Part shown: one piece after another, positions 8,847-9,424 of the stretch
How positions within the stretch are numbered: position 1 is the first letter of the stretch
How the letters are laid out: every line of letters begins with the position of its first letter
Assembly (NCBI GenBank): GCA_964360965.1
Contig: CAYHYM010000007.1
Location: 25,033 to 34,456 of the forward strand
Direction: 5' to 3'
Origin: an uncultured Gammaproteobacteria bacterium
Lineage (GTDB): Bacteria; Patescibacteriota; Microgenomatia; Daviesbacterales; UBA10151
Length of the DNA: 9,424 nt
The notes under the pieces: generated by a model
What the model saw: the letters and a program-made list of their open reading frames with translations, nothing else
The model's database searches: none
What the model was told of the DNA's origin: nothing
Translations under genes and position numbers: made by a program

Positions 8847-8848
8847 GG

Positions 8849-9424
8849 TCAAAGGACTATTGCCCGAATACGCCTTACTCCAGAGGATGAAGCCTCTTCT
8901 TTGTTAATTTTAAATTTGCCAATAATACCTGTACGCTCAACATGAGGACCACCGCAAAATTCCAGGGAATAATACCCACCTCTATCTCTTTGATCTTTTG
9001 CCTTTGGATCAATCTTAAAGTGGGGACCCACTCCATAGATGGAAACTTTATCAGCACGTTCTGCTTCAGCAGAAGGCAAGGTTCTGCGAGCGAGCGCTAC
9101 ACTATCTTCAGAGCGCGAGCGAAGCAGGTTCTTATATTTTTCATCAAATAAACCAATAGCATTCATTTTTTTCGCATCTTCCAGTGTAACTGTCATGTGA
9201 TCTACTTTTAGATCTTGTTTAATTCTTTCATTAATAATCTCTTCCACTTGCTTTATTTCCTCATCAGTCATTTTTTTATCATAAGAAAAATCAAACCTTA
9301 ATCTCTCACTGGTAATGTTAGATCCTTTCTGAAAAACCTCTGGACCCAAAACATCCCGCAAAGCCTGGTGTAAAAGGTGAGTAGCTGTGTGATATTTTAT
9401 CTCAGTTTCAGAATGCCCAGCCAA
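8849..9424 (-). CDS. alaS: Alanyl-tRNA synthetase C-terminal editing domain (partial; 5' end lies beyond the right window edge); a free-standing AlaX-type editing protein cannot be excluded
   Basis: The translation carries the AlaRS/AlaX editing-site zinc motifs HxxxH (YHTATHLLHQAL) and CxxxH (FCGGPHVERTG). It also has AlaRS-like LRFDFSY, AIGLFDEKY and the terminal SSGVRRIRAIV motif. The leading M in the track is a TTG at the window edge, not a real start. Synteny with ruvX and mltG downstream favours alaS. Confidence 0.75.
   Translation of the reverse strand: MAGHSETEIKYHTATHLLHQALRDVLGPEVFQKGSNITSERLRFDFSYDKKMTDEEIKQVEEIINERIKQDLKVDHMTVTLEDAKKMNAIGLFDEKYKNLLRSRSEDSVALARRTLPSAEAERADKVSIYGVGPHFKIDPKAKDQRDRGGYYSLEFCGGPHVERTGIIGKFKINKEEASSSGVRRIRAIVL
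9061..9127. repeat. GC-rich 67-bp segment bounded by a 7-bp inverted repeat, lying in frame inside the alaS editing domain
   Basis: CTGCTTC (9061-9067) is the exact reverse complement of GAAGCAG (9121-9127). The interior holds the GC-rich direct repeats GCGAGCG (9086-9092 and 9115-9121) and GAGCGC (9092-9097 and 9111-9116). By hand count 39 of 67 positions are G/C (~58%), clearly above the AT-rich surroundings. It encodes about NLLRSRSEDSVALARRTLPSAEAE. Confidence 0.5.

Noticed and set aside
155-9151. All plus-strand ORFs in the track: 155-358, 413-727, 1038-1223, 1855-2085, 2560-2763, 3628-3981, 4997-5242, 5555-5848, 6713-6997, 7719-7979, 8648-8890 and 8942-9151
   Set aside because: Each lies entirely or almost entirely antisense to a long minus-strand gene with a strong homology signature. 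Their translations are low-complexity (S/F/L/C-rich), as expected from reading K/E-rich AT-biased genes backwards. None has a convincing SD or a recognisable motif.
1-9424. Search for tRNA/rRNA genes, CRISPR repeats, transposase or integrase genes, toxin-antitoxin pairs and defence-island genes
   Set aside because: I saw no T-loop or cloverleaf-like sequences, no regularly spaced direct repeats, and no unassigned ORFs of suitable size. All coding capacity is accounted for by the seven minus-strand genes.

Overview
This is an AT-rich, very compact bacterial window. Every supportable gene is on the minus strand. In the direction of transcription (high to low coordinates) the order is as follows. 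First comes the 3' end of an alanyl-tRNA synthetase-type gene, covering its editing domain (8849-9424). After a 61-bp spacer comes a 698-aa single-pass membrane protein of unclear function (6691-8787). It is followed by a sortase (6053-6694), ruvX/yqgF (5676-6056) and mltG/yceG (4723-5679). These four genes are chained by 4-nt stop/start overlaps (GTGA, ATGA, ATGA). After a 250-bp spacer come rpoB (1122-4472) and the first 375 codons of rpoC (1-1125), again with an ATGA overlap. The ORF track omits rpoC, probably because it runs off the left edge without a stop. I translated it by hand and found no in-frame stop. I see no tRNA, rRNA, CRISPR array, transposase or recognisable defence or toxin module. 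The plus-strand ORFs look like antisense shadows. Most of the window is core housekeeping. The part worth a second look is the uncharacterised 698-aa membrane protein and its coupled sortase, which sit between alaS and ruvX-mltG. Smaller oddities are a GC-rich in-frame insert in the alaS editing domain, an AlaRS that stops without a C-Ala domain, a roughly 95-aa coiled-coil insert in beta-prime, and a terminator-like hairpin in the rpoB leader. The compactness, small rpoB, lack of rplJL upstream of rpoB and lineage-specific inserts fit a reduced-genome lineage such as Patescibacteria/CPR. That taxonomic guess is inference only.
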